DNA of 64,000 nucleotides from an uncultured bacterium (GCA_903837175.1 CAILTR010000050.1:17513-81512), one strand, 5' to 3'; counted from the first letter of the stretch, positions 1-9,945 are shown. Made by a program: numbers and translations. Notes: generated by a model not told the origin, from the sequence alone.

Positions 1-4
1 AAGT

Positions 5-778
5 TTATAAAGTAAAATTCTCACCCTGCTTCTTTTCCCAATCTTCAATATCATCCCGGAGTCCGAAGATTTCGGTTGTGTTCTCAAATTCTTCGTCGGT
101 CATAATTTGTTTGAGGGCAGCTTTCATGGCTTTGACATTGCCCTTGGCCCGTAGCCCGCGACAACCCTGACAACCCATCCGAGCCGTGGGACAAACTGCA
201 TCGCAACCGCCTAAAATCATCGGCCCGAAACAAGGCTTCTTTTCTAAGAGCAAGCAAGTGTTACCCCGTTTCTTACATTCAATGCAAACTGGATTATCTG
301 GAATTGTCGGAATCTGGCCAGCTAGGAGGAGTGGCAAATAATTTAAAAACTCTTCGCCGTTAATTGGACAACCTGGCAGCGTAAAATCAACTTTCACAAA
401 ATTATCTACTTCCTGGATATCTTCATTTTCAATCCCCTGGATATATTTATAAACATGTTTAACCGCAGTTTTCTTTTCGCGATAATTTTTAATTTCCGGA
501 ATTCCGCCCATCGCCGCGCAGTTGCCAATTACTACTAGCAACTTACTACGCTCTCTTAATTTTAAAAGCGTCTTTTTATTAGCCTCGGTAGCTGGGTTAC
601 CTTCGACGAAAGCGATATCCAGTAAGCGCCCATCGTCTTCCTCATCTTCTAGTAGTCGAAAGTCTACCATCTCCACCAGCTTAGCCACTTCTAAAAAGCG
701 CTCGCCCAAATCGAGTAAAGCAAACTGGCAACCTTCGCAAGAAGTCAAACTAACAATCGCTATTTTTGGTTTTTCCAT
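5..778 (-). CDS. NiFe hydrogenase small subunit, group 3b (sulfhydrogenase delta)/HoxY-like
   Basis: SLTSCEGC, VEG, GNCA..GG and PGCP motifs plus C-terminal Cys clusters (CIEC, CLL, CFG, CPT, CQGC). Confidence 0.85.
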   Translation of the reverse strand: MEKPKIAIVSLTSCEGCQFALLDLGERFLEVAKLVEMVDFRLLEDEEDDGRLLDIAFVEGNPATEANKKTLLKLRERSKLLVVIGNCAAMGGIPEIKNYREKKTAVKHVYKYIQGIENEDIQEVDNFVKVDFTLPGCPINGEEFLNYLPLLLAGQIPTIPDNPVCIECKKRGNTCLLLEKKPCFGPMILGGCDAVCPTARMGCQGCRGLRAKGNVKAMKAALKQIMTDEEFENTTEIFGLRDDIEDWEKKQGENFTL

Positions 779-818
779 TTTTTTATTTTAAAAAATATTC
801 CAAGTTCATGACTTTTTC

Positions 819-827
819 ATTATAGCA
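819..827 (-). promoter_or_regulatory. extended -10 element (TGCTATAAT) upstream of the hydrogenase small subunit
   Basis: Exact TGnTATAAT about 40 nt upstream of the ATG. Confidence 0.5.
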
Positions 828-841
828 TATTTTTTTATAAC

Positions 842-872
842 AAAAAAACGAGGATTAATAATAACCCTCGTT
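842..872 (-). terminator. intrinsic terminator candidate
   Basis: AACGAGG/CCTCGTT stem followed by a T-run on the minus strand, at the stop of 871..1539. Confidence 0.5.
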
Positions 873-1539
873 ATAGCATTCTTTTTATAAGCATCATAAG
901 ATACGGAAATTTAGCGTGATCAACACCCTCTGGGAAAGATTTCGCAGCACGCTTAAATTTAGTATCTTTTCTTTGAAGTGATAGCAGAATTTCTATCATC
1001 TCAGGAGAAGGCGCCGAATCAATAACCATCGGAAAGTGACACAAAACAATTCCTCCCTTTAGAATTTTTTTTCGCTCCTTTTCTAAAAAAACTAAATGTT
1101 TCACCTCAACCGAAATTCCATTATTCTCATAAACCCCCTTTATTAATGGCTTTTTTAAAGAGATACCTGTTATTTTCAATGGTATAAGCATATGTGCAAA
1201 TATCGCATACCTAAAAAAAGTGTTGTCCTCGGTGAAATTAGATTCCCTTAACTCTTCCGCCACAACACTTGTATGTGATGGTCCTCCGAAATAATTCAGA
1301 AGCACCTCAACATCAACAACTTTTTTTTCTAGAGCTTGAGCAACATCCCCAATGGCTCTCCCTCTAGTCTCCCAGTCCTTTAGTTCTGAACAAAAAACAG
1401 GAAATGACATTCCGGCTCCACTCTCTAAAATTTCTTCAATTTTTTTACGATTAAATTCACTACTATCTCTTCCTGTCATATAGCAGCTCAAGAACATCTT
1501 ATAAAAAAAATTTAAAGCATTTGCGGTTATTTCCATCAT
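871..1539 (-). CDS. hypothetical protein in hydrogenase cluster (possibly DUF6390-like)
   Basis: 222-aa ORF with AGGAGG SD between hypC and the small subunit; C-terminal KGGIVLCHF resembles a G-x-x-V-x-x-H motif. Confidence 0.55.
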   Translation of the reverse strand: MMEITANALNFFYKMFLSCYMTGRDSSEFNRKKIEEILESGAGMSFPVFCSELKDWETRGRAIGDVAQALEKKVVDVEVLLNYFGGPSHTSVVAEELRESNFTEDNTFFRYAIFAHMLIPLKITGISLKKPLIKGVYENNGISVEVKHLVFLEKERKKILKGGIVLCHFPMVIDSAPSPEMIEILLSLQRKDTKFKRAAKSFPEGVDHAKFPYLMMLIKRML

Positions 1540-1554
1540 TTAAGCCTCCTTTTC

Positions 1555-1755
1555 TTATTGTTTAATAATTTTAAAGATCTCTTTGGCGTAATGTTTGTCT
1601 ATTTTTTCAATCACAATATTTTGTTGCGACAAAACAAAATCACCAATAGCTAATTCTATCAGGGTTTTAAGGGTTTGTCTATCTCCACCGTGAGTTTCAA
1701 CCACAACCGAATTTCCATTTATTTTAACAACTTTTTTAGGAATAGTCAGGCACAT
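1555..1755 (-). CDS. hypC: HypC/HupF hydrogenase maturation chaperone (divergent)
   Basis: N-terminal MCLTIP, GDFVL motif, 66 aa, hydrogenase context. Confidence 0.8.
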   Translation of the reverse strand: MCLTIPKKVVKINGNSVVVETHGGDRQTLKTLIELAIGDFVLSQQNIVIEKIDKHYAKEIFKIIKQ

Positions 1756-1767
1756 AGTCGCTTTGCT

Positions 1768-1888
1768 AAATGAAAAATTTAAAAATCAAAATTTAAAATT
1801 ATGGTGTCACTCCGTGACCTATTTCAAAATGGTCGTCGTGCTTGCGCGACTCCAAAATTTTCCATTTTGAGATTTACATTTTAAATTT
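1768..1888. repeat. AT-rich junction hairpin, family D copy 1
   Basis: AAAAT-type arm opposite an ATTTT-type arm; 27-nt ATTTTCCATTTTGAGATTTACATTTTA identical to 6094..6120. Confidence 0.7.
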
Positions 1889-2752
1889 TTACGCTTTCCC
1901 GCCACTACCAAAATAACCCATCTTTTTCATCACGGTATTTTTTACTTCTTCTTGAGCATCTCCTAGCAATTTCCTAATATCAAACGATAAATTATGCTGA
2001 TCTTTAAAGGCACCAGCCAAACTATTAACAAAGGCCAAGCGAGTCGCCGTATCAACGTTAAAACAACAAATCCCGCGGGCGATAACTTCTTTAACTTTAC
2101 CATTTTCCCAATCGGAGGCGCCATGTAAAATCAGAGGCAAATCGACTAATTTATGAATGGCTTCAAGCCGATCGTAATCTGGAATAGCTCGCTCCTTAAA
2201 AAATCCATGCGCATTACCAATGGCTACCGCTAAAGCGTCAATGCCAGTTTGTTTCGCAAAATCAGCAGCTTGAGCTGGGTCAGTCATATATTTATCCCAA
2301 TCAATCTCACCCATCTCAGTTTCTCCAATATAGGGTACACTCCCCAGCTCGCCCTGGACACAAATATCCTTAGGATGACAAACCCCTACCACATTCTTTG
2401 TTAGCAGTAGGTTATCAGCGTAACTCTTACGTGAACCATCATACATCACCGAAGGAAAGCCAATGTTAACACAGCGGTTAATAATTTCTAAACTCTTGCC
2501 GTGATCAAGATGAATCCCAACTGGAATTTCTGGGGCATAAAATTCAGCGATGTTTTTGACTAAATTAAAAATTGCCCTTCCACCAGCATATTCCAGCGTT
2601 TTCTCAGTCATTTGGATAATGACTGGACTTCTCATTTCCTTAGCGGCTTCAATAATAGCCCGCGTCGTTTCCATATTAGTCGTATTGAAAGCCCCTACTG
2701 CATAACCGCCCTCTTTTGCTTTATTTAGAATTTCTTTGACAGATGTTATCAT
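1889..2752 (-). CDS. fba: class II fructose-bisphosphate aldolase
   Basis: YAVGAFN, HLDHG, GELG, AIGNAHG, LHGAS motifs. Confidence 0.93.
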   Translation of the reverse strand: MITSVKEILNKAKEGGYAVGAFNTTNMETTRAIIEAAKEMRSPVIIQMTEKTLEYAGGRAIFNLVKNIAEFYAPEIPVGIHLDHGKSLEIINRCVNIGFPSVMYDGSRKSYADNLLLTKNVVGVCHPKDICVQGELGSVPYIGETEMGEIDWDKYMTDPAQAADFAKQTGIDALAVAIGNAHGFFKERAIPDYDRLEAIHKLVDLPLILHGASDWENGKVKEVIARGICCFNVDTATRLAFVNSLAGAFKDQHNLSFDIRKLLGDAQEEVKNTVMKKMGYFGSGGKA

Positions 2753-2754
2753 TT

Positions 2755-2835
2755 TTCATGGAACATAGAGCATGGAACACATAACACTAGATAATTACGC
2801 CAACTATCTAGCATTCTTGTTCCATGTTTCATGTT
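2755..2835. repeat. CATGGAA/CATAGAG heptamer junction hairpin
   Basis: catggaacatagagcatggaac ... gttccatgtttcatg arms fill the tpiA-fba junction. Confidence 0.7.
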
Positions 2836-3609
2836 TTATGCTATGTGATTATTAAGAATTTCTACTATTTTCAAAAACTCACTCGGAATTAAACTCTCTC
2901 GCCCGACGAGGACCCCGTCCATTTGAGGTGCTAGGCAAACCTGGGTAACATTTTTCGAATTAACGGACCCACCATAAATAATTCTGACTTTCTCAGCCGC
3001 CGAACTTCCATATTTTTCAACCAACACTTTTTTAATTGTAATTTTAACTTCTAAAATATCGTCTCCGGTCGGAATTGAGCCACTCCCAATCGCCCAAATC
3101 GGTTCGTAGGCAAAAATAACTTCAGCTATCTTTGAAATGGGAATGTCTAAAAGACTCTGACTAACTTGCTCGGTGATAACCCTTACAGTGTCCTCAGCAA
3201 TTCTTTCCTCTTGCGATTCTCCGATGCAAACTATAGGGATTAATTTATCTTGCAAGGCTGCCTTAAGTTTAGCGTTGACGATTTCATTAGTCTCTTGAAA
3301 ATATCTTCGTCGCTCGCTATGACCAATAATAACATATTTGCAACCAAGATTTTTTATCATCAGCGATGATATCTCGCCCGTAAAGGAGCCTCTTTCTTCC
3401 CAAAAAATATTCTGCGCTCCAACCGCAACCTCCTGCGTTTTCAATTTTTCTGCAAATTTTTCCAAATGCACCGCCGGCGGACAAAGGACAATTTCAGCCT
3501 TATTTTTAGGCAAGTTTTTCAATTCTCGCTCAAAAGACTCCAAGTACCGATCTCGTTCAGCGACGGTTAAAAGGTTCATCTTTAAATTCCCAACAATTAT
3601 TTTTTTCAT
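2836..3609 (-). CDS. tpiA: triosephosphate isomerase
   Basis: GNLKMN, GHSERR, AYEPIWAIG, YGGSV motifs. Confidence 0.95.
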   Translation of the reverse strand: MKKIIVGNLKMNLLTVAERDRYLESFERELKNLPKNKAEIVLCPPAVHLEKFAEKLKTQEVAVGAQNIFWEERGSFTGEISSLMIKNLGCKYVIIGHSERRRYFQETNEIVNAKLKAALQDKLIPIVCIGESQEERIAEDTVRVITEQVSQSLLDIPISKIAEVIFAYEPIWAIGSGSIPTGDDILEVKITIKKVLVEKYGSSAAEKVRIIYGGSVNSKNVTQVCLAPQMDGVLVGRESLIPSEFLKIVEILNNHIA

Positions 3610-3863
3610 ATATTTCTAGTTTAATTGGAAAGGTTTCAACCAAAGGTTGATCAGCCTCTGGCTGACATCTTCAAGTTTCCAACTATAATTTTTTGCATAG
3701 ATTTAAAAATTTAATCAATGAGAGCCTCAACCAAAAAATAGAGCTATAATTTGGGACGGAGCTCAGCTCCGGAATAACAAACCGCAATTAATTAATGAGT
3801 TGTACTAGTTCATATTACATTCCAAGCATACCACAAAAAACAAAAACCTGCACTTTTCCCAGC

Positions 3864-3891
3864 AAAAACAATCTCGAAAGAGATTGTTTTT
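3864..3891. terminator. perfect hairpin, bidirectional terminator candidate
   Basis: AAAAACAATCTC-GAAA-GAGATTGTTTTT. Confidence 0.55.
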
Positions 3892-3938
3892 GGAAAATAT
3901 TTCTTACATCGAATTAATTAAATCAATGTTGCTTTCAA

Positions 3939-3972
3939 AGAGGCTAAGCCTCCCCTTGGAGGCTTAGCCTCT
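3939..3972. repeat. REP-like doublet AGGCTAAGCCT-cccctt-AGGCTTAGCCT
   Basis: 33/34 identical to 41360..41393; single unit at 4169..4183. Confidence 0.75.
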
Positions 3973-4050
3973 AACGTCTTATTACTGCAACGCATTAAGT
4001 TAAGTTGGTATAGGTTGGCATTATTTATGCTTCATAAAAATTCGCATTTT

Positions 4051-4167
4051 TTATCTAACTCTTACCCACGTCTTTTTCGTCGCAGAATTTCCAACCCCAT
4101 CATAAGCCGTCACTTTGATTTCATACGTTCCGCTTGGGGTTGTTTGCAAAACGGTAAACCTGTTGCA
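4051..4167 (-). pseudogene. C-terminal remnant of an Ig-like domain protein
   Basis: Manual translation FTVLQTTPSGTYEIKVTAYDGVGNSATKKTWVRVR*; no start codon, cut at the palindrome 4169..4183. Confidence 0.6.
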
Positions 4168-4260
4168 AGGAGGCTTAGCCTCCAAAGTCTTGCGACAATG
4201 AATTAAGTTAAATAGTTAGTATTATACGCTAAACTCTTAGCTTTATTATAACACAAAAAA

Positions 4261-5088
4261 CTATTTCCGCACTTTTTTCTTTTCACTTATTTTCTTGAAA
4301 TTATTTCCAGAAACAATCGATCTGCCTAATTCCTTTTCAAGTTCTAGTCTCGCATTTCCAGCCACTCTTCCGCCACGATTGGCATCGTTTTTCAATTTTG
4401 GCAAACCTTTTGAATCCTCTGTGCGATGAATTTCAGTGGTTGAACGTTCGCCAAGCATCGTGAAAATAAGTTCAAAGTCATTCATGTGATCTCGCAAATT
4501 TTCCCGCTCCAACTTTTTCAATTTCTTATATTCACTTGGCGTGACACCGAAAGTCGCCTTGGAAATTTCCGCCGTCAAAATTTCGTATTCCCTTTTTTCT
4601 TTGGCACCTCTTTTTTTCCATTCATCCGTGAGTTCTTCGCGAATGGCAATGCCTCGCATGCGTTTTTCGATCCAATCATCCGAATAGCCTTTCAATTTAT
4701 ACAACATTCTTGTCCGCTTGGTCGCTAGTTCCGGATCTTCGATTTCCTGCACTCGCTCATAACCGACTTTTGCCAACCAACGCTTGAATGGCTCGGCTTT
4801 CGGTGACGGAATAGACTGAATAATGCGGAAAATTCCCTCCGTATTGGCACAATCAGTTTCACGCATTTTCCCGTCTGGTGCCATCAACTTCAAACCGTGA
4901 CAAAATGTCACGACTTCACTCCCATCCTCGTTGAGCCTCTGCTTCAATTTTCTCCAGTAAGCGCCACTATCAAGACTATCTGTGAGCACTTCGCAAATAT
5001 CCACAACCGAAAACCACCATTCATTATTGTGAATGATTTTTCTGACTCCCTTTCCCTTAAAAATCGAGACCTTTGTTTCAATTTCCAT
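4261..5088 (-). CDS. Bro-N domain / phage antirepressor-like protein
   Basis: WWFSVVD, RIIQSIPSPKAEPFKRWLA, ENLRDHM motifs. Confidence 0.85.
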   Translation of the reverse strand: MEIETKVSIFKGKGVRKIIHNNEWWFSVVDICEVLTDSLDSGAYWRKLKQRLNEDGSEVVTFCHGLKLMAPDGKMRETDCANTEGIFRIIQSIPSPKAEPFKRWLAKVGYERVQEIEDPELATKRTRMLYKLKGYSDDWIEKRMRGIAIREELTDEWKKRGAKEKREYEILTAEISKATFGVTPSEYKKLKKLERENLRDHMNDFELIFTMLGERSTTEIHRTEDSKGLPKLKNDANRGGRVAGNARLELEKELGRSIVSGNNFKKISEKKKVRK

Positions 5089-5164
5089 AAAATAATAACT
5101 TTTGATAAAAAATCTTTCCAGTTGAAATGTGCTTTATAATCTCAATTTCCCTAATCTTAATTTT

Positions 5165-5644
5165 CTAAAAATACAGCGTTATTCCAGTCACAATTAAGCC
5201 CGAAACAATCGTCCCAACTAGCAGCAATGGCAAAGATTTTTTCAGTGGCACGTTAAAAATAAAAGCAGCCAGGGCTCCTGTCATCCCGCCTAATAGTGGG
5301 ATTGGCGTCGCAGCCAAAATGAAAATCGCCCATTCCCCATATTTTTCCATCTTGCTACCTGCCCTTTTCCGGGTGTGTTCAAACAGCCAAGCAAAAAACT
5401 TTTTAAAAATCGGAATGTATCTTGAAAGCAGTTTTGAAATTGGTTCCAAAAGAAGCACAATAATAACCATCGAAAAAAAAGTTCCCGCTACGGAATATAG
5501 CAAGGCCACAGTCGCTGAAAGACCATAAACCTTAATCGCCAAAGGAATCGAAGCTCGCAGTTCCGTAATTGGAATTAGCGCAATTAAAAAAGTTGCCAGT
5601 TCCTTCGGAAAACCTGCGAAAAAATTGATAATTAAATCGTGCAT
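5165..5644 (-). CDS. small multidrug export-like membrane protein (COG2426-like)
   Basis: IPITELRASIP motif and several TM segments; start moved to MHDL because the upstream extension is a heptamer repeat. Confidence 0.75.
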   Translation of the reverse strand: MHDLIINFFAGFPKELATFLIALIPITELRASIPLAIKVYGLSATVALLYSVAGTFFSMVIIVLLLEPISKLLSRYIPIFKKFFAWLFEHTRKRAGSKMEKYGEWAIFILAATPIPLLGGMTGALAAFIFNVPLKKSLPLLLVGTIVSGLIVTGITLYF

Positions 5645-5647
5645 AAA

Positions 5648-5708
5648 ATAGTAACTAGTAATCGGTAATCGGTAATCAGCGATCATTAATCAGCAACTAG
5701 TAATTAAT
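5648..5708. repeat. TAATCGG/TAACTAG heptamer tract
   Basis: gtaactagtaatcggtaatcggtaatcagcgatcattaatcagcaactagtaat. Confidence 0.6.
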
Positions 5709-5716
5709 AAAAAAAA

Positions 5717-6001
5717 TTATATCTCTTTTGAAATTTTCTTTTGCGACTGGAGTGCCAAACGAATACATTCTTCTGGGTCATAACCAAGATTTTCAGAAAA
5801 CTGTATCCCACAGACAATTAAGTTTCCTAATTCTTTTTTTAAACTATCATCAGTGTGTGAAACTTTGTCCTTAGCATAATTACGCTCCCAACGGCAAACG
5901 TCCCCAAAAACTTTTCCAATCACCACAATCATTTGAGAAAGTGAAAGTTTTTCACCTTGCCATATCTCTTGGGCTTGTTTTAAAATTTCTTTAATTTCCA
6001 T
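5717..6001 (-). CDS. MazG-like NTP pyrophosphohydrolase fold protein (degenerate)
   Basis: LKKELGNL and LGYDPEECI resemble MazG helices; several acidic metal ligands replaced. Confidence 0.55.
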   Translation of the reverse strand: MEIKEILKQAQEIWQGEKLSLSQMIVVIGKVFGDVCRWERNYAKDKVSHTDDSLKKELGNLIVCGIQFSENLGYDPEECIRLALQSQKKISKEI

Positions 6002-6010
6002 AATAATTAA

Positions 6011-6125
6011 TTCAAAAATTAAAAATCAAAATGAAAAATGACAATAGAAAATGAAAAATATTTTTAAGAAAAATGTCGTGAAACGACTCAATGATTTTCC
6101 ATTTTGAGATTTACATTTTACGTTT
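6011..6125. repeat. AT-rich junction hairpin, family D copy 2
   Basis: Shares a 27-nt exact block and a GTCG..CGAC mini-stem with 1768..1888. Confidence 0.7.
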
Positions 6126-6135
6126 AGAAAGCAAA

Positions 6136-7194
6136 CTAATCAATTTGCTTTCGCAAATATTCCGCTGCTACCTCTGGTTGGATAGTTGAGATTTCAATTC
6201 CAGTCTCTAATTCGAAACCAGCCCAAATCGAAGTGTGCGGCAGAATCTCAATATGCCAATGAAAATGGGGGTAATCCTTACCGTCGCAAGGCGAAGTATT
6301 AATATAAAAATTATACGGCGGATCATTCAGCGCTTTATAAATAGAACCCAGGCCTTTACTAAAAACCTCTGCTAATTTAATTTTTTGATGATCTGTAATG
6401 TGTTCGAAATAAGGACTGTGTTTTTTTGGCATCACCCAAACTTCGAAAGCTGCCCGACTAGCAAAAGGGCAAAAGGCAATAAACTCATCATTTTCAAAGA
6501 CAACTCTTTCTTTAAACTGACTTTCGTATTCCGTCATCACGCAGTAAACACATTGTCTATTGCTTCGATAATACATTTCAGCCCCATCAAGTTCTAGCCT
6601 TGGATATGGCGCAATCACTGGGATAGCCATTAATTGGGAATGAGGATGAGCTAGTGAGGCTCCAGCTTCTTTGCCATGATTATGAAAAATAGCAATAAAA
6701 TTTACATTCTTTTTATTCATCAAATCTAGATAACGATCTTGATAAGCGTCAAAAACTTCCGCGACCTCCAGCGTATTCATCATTCCAAGATGCTTGAAAT
6801 GATCTCTGGTTACAATAATCTCATGAAAGCCTACCCCTGGCATTGAAAAATACGGACCTTCTGCTTTTGGACCGATAGCTGCAAGTTGAGAAACCGTCGG
6901 AAATTTATTTGGAAAAACTCGGAGAGTCCACTCACCCTTTTTATCCGCATAAATAAGTACGTCTGACTCTTGTCCGCTAGCTACTGGATCTTCAAAAAGG
7001 CAACTTTCAATACCTTTATCATCCTTAACTCTTTCGAGATTCGCAAAAACATCTGGGCGCTTTGCTCTCCCAACAGCAATTACCACCCAATCGCCCGTGA
7101 CAATATCTTGTCGCAACTCCGAAGCCTGACTGCCATTTTTTGGTAATTCTTTTTCGACTTCTTTTTCGTCTATATTGTTGATATTTATCTGCAT
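6136..7194 (-). CDS. galT: galactose-1-phosphate uridylyltransferase
   Basis: ELRQD, NKFP, GASLAHPHSQ catalytic motif, HWHIEI. Confidence 0.92.
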   Translation of the reverse strand: MQININNIDEKEVEKELPKNGSQASELRQDIVTGDWVVIAVGRAKRPDVFANLERVKDDKGIESCLFEDPVASGQESDVLIYADKKGEWTLRVFPNKFPTVSQLAAIGPKAEGPYFSMPGVGFHEIIVTRDHFKHLGMMNTLEVAEVFDAYQDRYLDLMNKKNVNFIAIFHNHGKEAGASLAHPHSQLMAIPVIAPYPRLELDGAEMYYRSNRQCVYCVMTEYESQFKERVVFENDEFIAFCPFASRAAFEVWVMPKKHSPYFEHITDHQKIKLAEVFSKGLGSIYKALNDPPYNFYINTSPCDGKDYPHFHWHIEILPHTSIWAGFELETGIEISTIQPEVAAEYLRKQID

Positions 7195-7321
7195 CGCTTT
7201 AGAAAAGGTCGTAGGAATTAGGATTTAGGTTGTAGAAAGCTTCTACCCTCCATAAGCTAATCCAAATATCTATTATTGTATTTTTATATTATTTTTCTAA
7301 AAACCCTACTATAGCTAACTT

Positions 7322-8071
7322 TTATTTTATCTTATATTGTCCAGTTATCATCCGCCATTTAACCTGAAAAAGTTCCTTAAGACTTTCCAGATACCCCTTA
7401 ATACCAACCGTGCTTTGTCCAGAATCAGTCCAAACAATAGGGATTTCAATAATATTATAACCCATCTTTTTGGCCAAGGCTAAGATCTCAAAATCACCAC
7501 CCCAGCGTACAGCTTTCATTTGAGGAACTATTTTTTCTACAACCTCTTGAGAAAGAACTTTAAAGCCACATTGGGTATCCTTAATACCGTGCAAATCCAA
7601 TAAGTATTGAATTAAGAGATTTCCCATGTTACCTAAAAATTCCTTAAGCTTAGATTGATGCTTTTTAATTAGGGACTTGTCAATATCGCGAGAACCAATC
7701 ATTACGTGTTCATTTTTTTCAATATATTCCCAGAATTTGTCTAAACTATTGATTGGGGTTGCCCCATCAGCATCCGTAAAAAGACGAAATCTACCATGCG
7801 CGCCAAGTAAACCTTCTTGAACAGAATATAATTTTCCTTTATTTTCCTTACGATCAATAACAGTAAGCATTGGCAAAATGCTACGAAAACCTTCTACTAT
7901 CTCAGTAGTATTATCTTTTGAACCATCATTAACAACAATTATTTCATAGGAAACTTTTTTTTCTGCAAAATATTTAGCAATATCTTGTAGATTCTCCCTA
8001 ATTCCTACTCCTTTTCTACTTGCCTCATTATAGGCAGGCATTACGACTGACAATAAAATTTGATCGTTCAT
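7322..8071 (-). CDS. GT2 dolichyl-phosphate glucosyltransferase-like protein
   Basis: PAYNE, VNDGSKD, TDADG, DTQCGFK. Confidence 0.88.
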   Translation of the reverse strand: MNDQILLSVVMPAYNEASRKGVGIRENLQDIAKYFAEKKVSYEIIVVNDGSKDNTTEIVEGFRSILPMLTVIDRKENKGKLYSVQEGLLGAHGRFRLFTDADGATPINSLDKFWEYIEKNEHVMIGSRDIDKSLIKKHQSKLKEFLGNMGNLLIQYLLDLHGIKDTQCGFKVLSQEVVEKIVPQMKAVRWGGDFEILALAKKMGYNIIEIPIVWTDSGQSTVGIKGYLESLKELFQVKWRMITGQYKIK

Positions 8072-8158
8072 TTTTTTTAAAATTAGTATAAAAAAATTTT
8101 ACCCCCATCTCTATGATTAGCTTACCACAGAATAACCATCCTTTCAATACCTAATTTT

Positions 8159-8905
8159 TTAAATATACTTTCTAGCTAAAACATTAAAGGTGCTGTCAAC
8201 TTCTTTTAGATATTTTTCATCAATCTTTTCAATATACTCATGCCAGCAAAGATGTTCCCAAAGATGTAAACTAAAAACATTCCTCAAATCATTATCAGTA
8301 TTTACGAAAATATTTCTTAGTCCATTCTTACTCCAACTATGCTTATAAAAAGAACGTTGAGACTCAATATGTATCGAGTCGGGATATTCTTTGGCTAATT
8401 TTAATGGATAAAGAATGCTATGGTTATTCCAAGAACCATTAAATTCGACCCGAATATTTTTTTCCCAAATTTTTCCAAAAAATGATTCTTTCTTTGCCAT
8501 GATTAAAGCATTCCCAAGTCCGCCGTAAGGATCGGTTAGATCTTCTAGACCCATTAAAAAATCATTTTCAAAAAAAGACTTTGGCATTTTTTTAATGAAA
8601 AGCGTGTCGATATCTGCATATATTCCACCATATTTATTCAGCATTTCTAATCTAAGAAAGTCTGCCTGATGAGCATAGCCTATCTTTTTACCATTAATAA
8701 TTTTAATTGGATCAACTTTTACCAAGCAAAGCTGATCCTTTATTGCCTCCCAATGATGCCCGCGTGGCTCATATTGGTAATAAAAAAAGATCTTATCTGG
8801 CTTATTCACCGCGAGACAGGATTTCAAGCAAACGTAGTGGACCAGATGCAATTTTTGTGGAGTTGTCTTTAACCCAAAAATAAAGTGAAAAATATTCGGA
8901 ATCAT
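8159..8905 (-). CDS. DXD-motif (GT32-like) glycosyltransferase
   Basis: IPNIFHFI, ADFLRL, YGGIYADID, HLW. Confidence 0.85.
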   Translation of the reverse strand: MIPNIFHFIFGLKTTPQKLHLVHYVCLKSCLAVNKPDKIFFYYQYEPRGHHWEAIKDQLCLVKVDPIKIINGKKIGYAHQADFLRLEMLNKYGGIYADIDTLFIKKMPKSFFENDFLMGLEDLTDPYGGLGNALIMAKKESFFGKIWEKNIRVEFNGSWNNHSILYPLKLAKEYPDSIHIESQRSFYKHSWSKNGLRNIFVNTDNDLRNVFSLHLWEHLCWHEYIEKIDEKYLKEVDSTFNVLARKYI

Positions 8906-8923
8906 ATCGATATTTTAAAAGAA

Positions 8924-9927
8924 TTATATTTTTGTACTCTCGGCAATAGACCAACGAGGAAGTTGGTTTTTTATTATAAATCTTTCAGCGTACTTTCTAT
9001 TTTTTTCATGTAAATGCATATAAATAGAATAGAGAATTATTTTTAATAATGATTTTGTTTGAAGATTAGTCCTTGATTTTTTGTTAAAAGCATAATTCCA
9101 GGAAAAATATTCTTCCAAGAATTTTCTCTCCGATCCAAAATAAGAAAATGCCCTTTCTATGCCAGCATGAATCCTGATTTGCTGCATTTTCCATTCTTTA
9201 AAAGAACTTGGCACTTTTATATAAGATATTGAATTTGCTGGCTTAATAATTGACAGCATTCTATTTTGCAGATAATCAGCTTTTCCTTTAATTGCAAAAA
9301 AATCACTCAGAAAAGCATCATCAGTGATACCGACCTCGTCAGCTGGCAATGTTGGAAAATATTTTAAATAAAGACCAAAACTTGGACCTTCGCAAAACCT
9401 TGGGCGCTCAGCTTCTAACAAATATGGCTGAATAATAATATTATGGAAGATCCAACTTAAAACAGCCCTAAAAAATGAATACTTTCGATAGAAAAAGCTA
9501 AATGAATACCCCACGGCAATGAAAGCGGAACCAATTATAAGTGGCCTTGACTTTATGTTTTCCTCTTTAATTAATTCTTCTATATTAATAAGCAATGTTC
9601 CTTTTTCGAGAATTACATCATCATCAAAAAAATGAACGATTTCAATATCATCCATTTTTTTAGCAAATTCAACTATTCTATTTATTGCATTATTTTTCCC
9701 AACTTTTTTTGTAACAATAATATGGCTAGGTATTTCATTATGATCTAAAAAAAATTTATTAACTTCTTTCTCTGTTTTATTATTTTCATCTTCACCATTT
9801 ATACATACCACCACCACAGTATTAAATTTTTTACAACAAGAAATTAATTCGGTTGAAATTATCTTCAGAGAATTATATATATATAAGCCTTGCTTGTTGT
9901 GGTACAAATTCCAATCAAGATTTTCAT
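8924..9927 (-). pseudogene. GT2-like glycosyltransferase, frameshifted near the 5' end
   Basis: ATG at 9927 gives MKILIGICT... and stops after 20 aa; the long frame (GKNNAIN, FFDDD) is offset across a (TA)6 tract. Confidence 0.65.
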
Positions 9928-9945
9928 AACTATTATTTTTTCAAC

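Noticed and set aside
4261-5088. Prophage suggested by the Bro-N gene and the baseplate-like gene at 47190
   Set aside because: No integrase, capsid, terminase or tail genes. Both genes sit alone among housekeeping genes.
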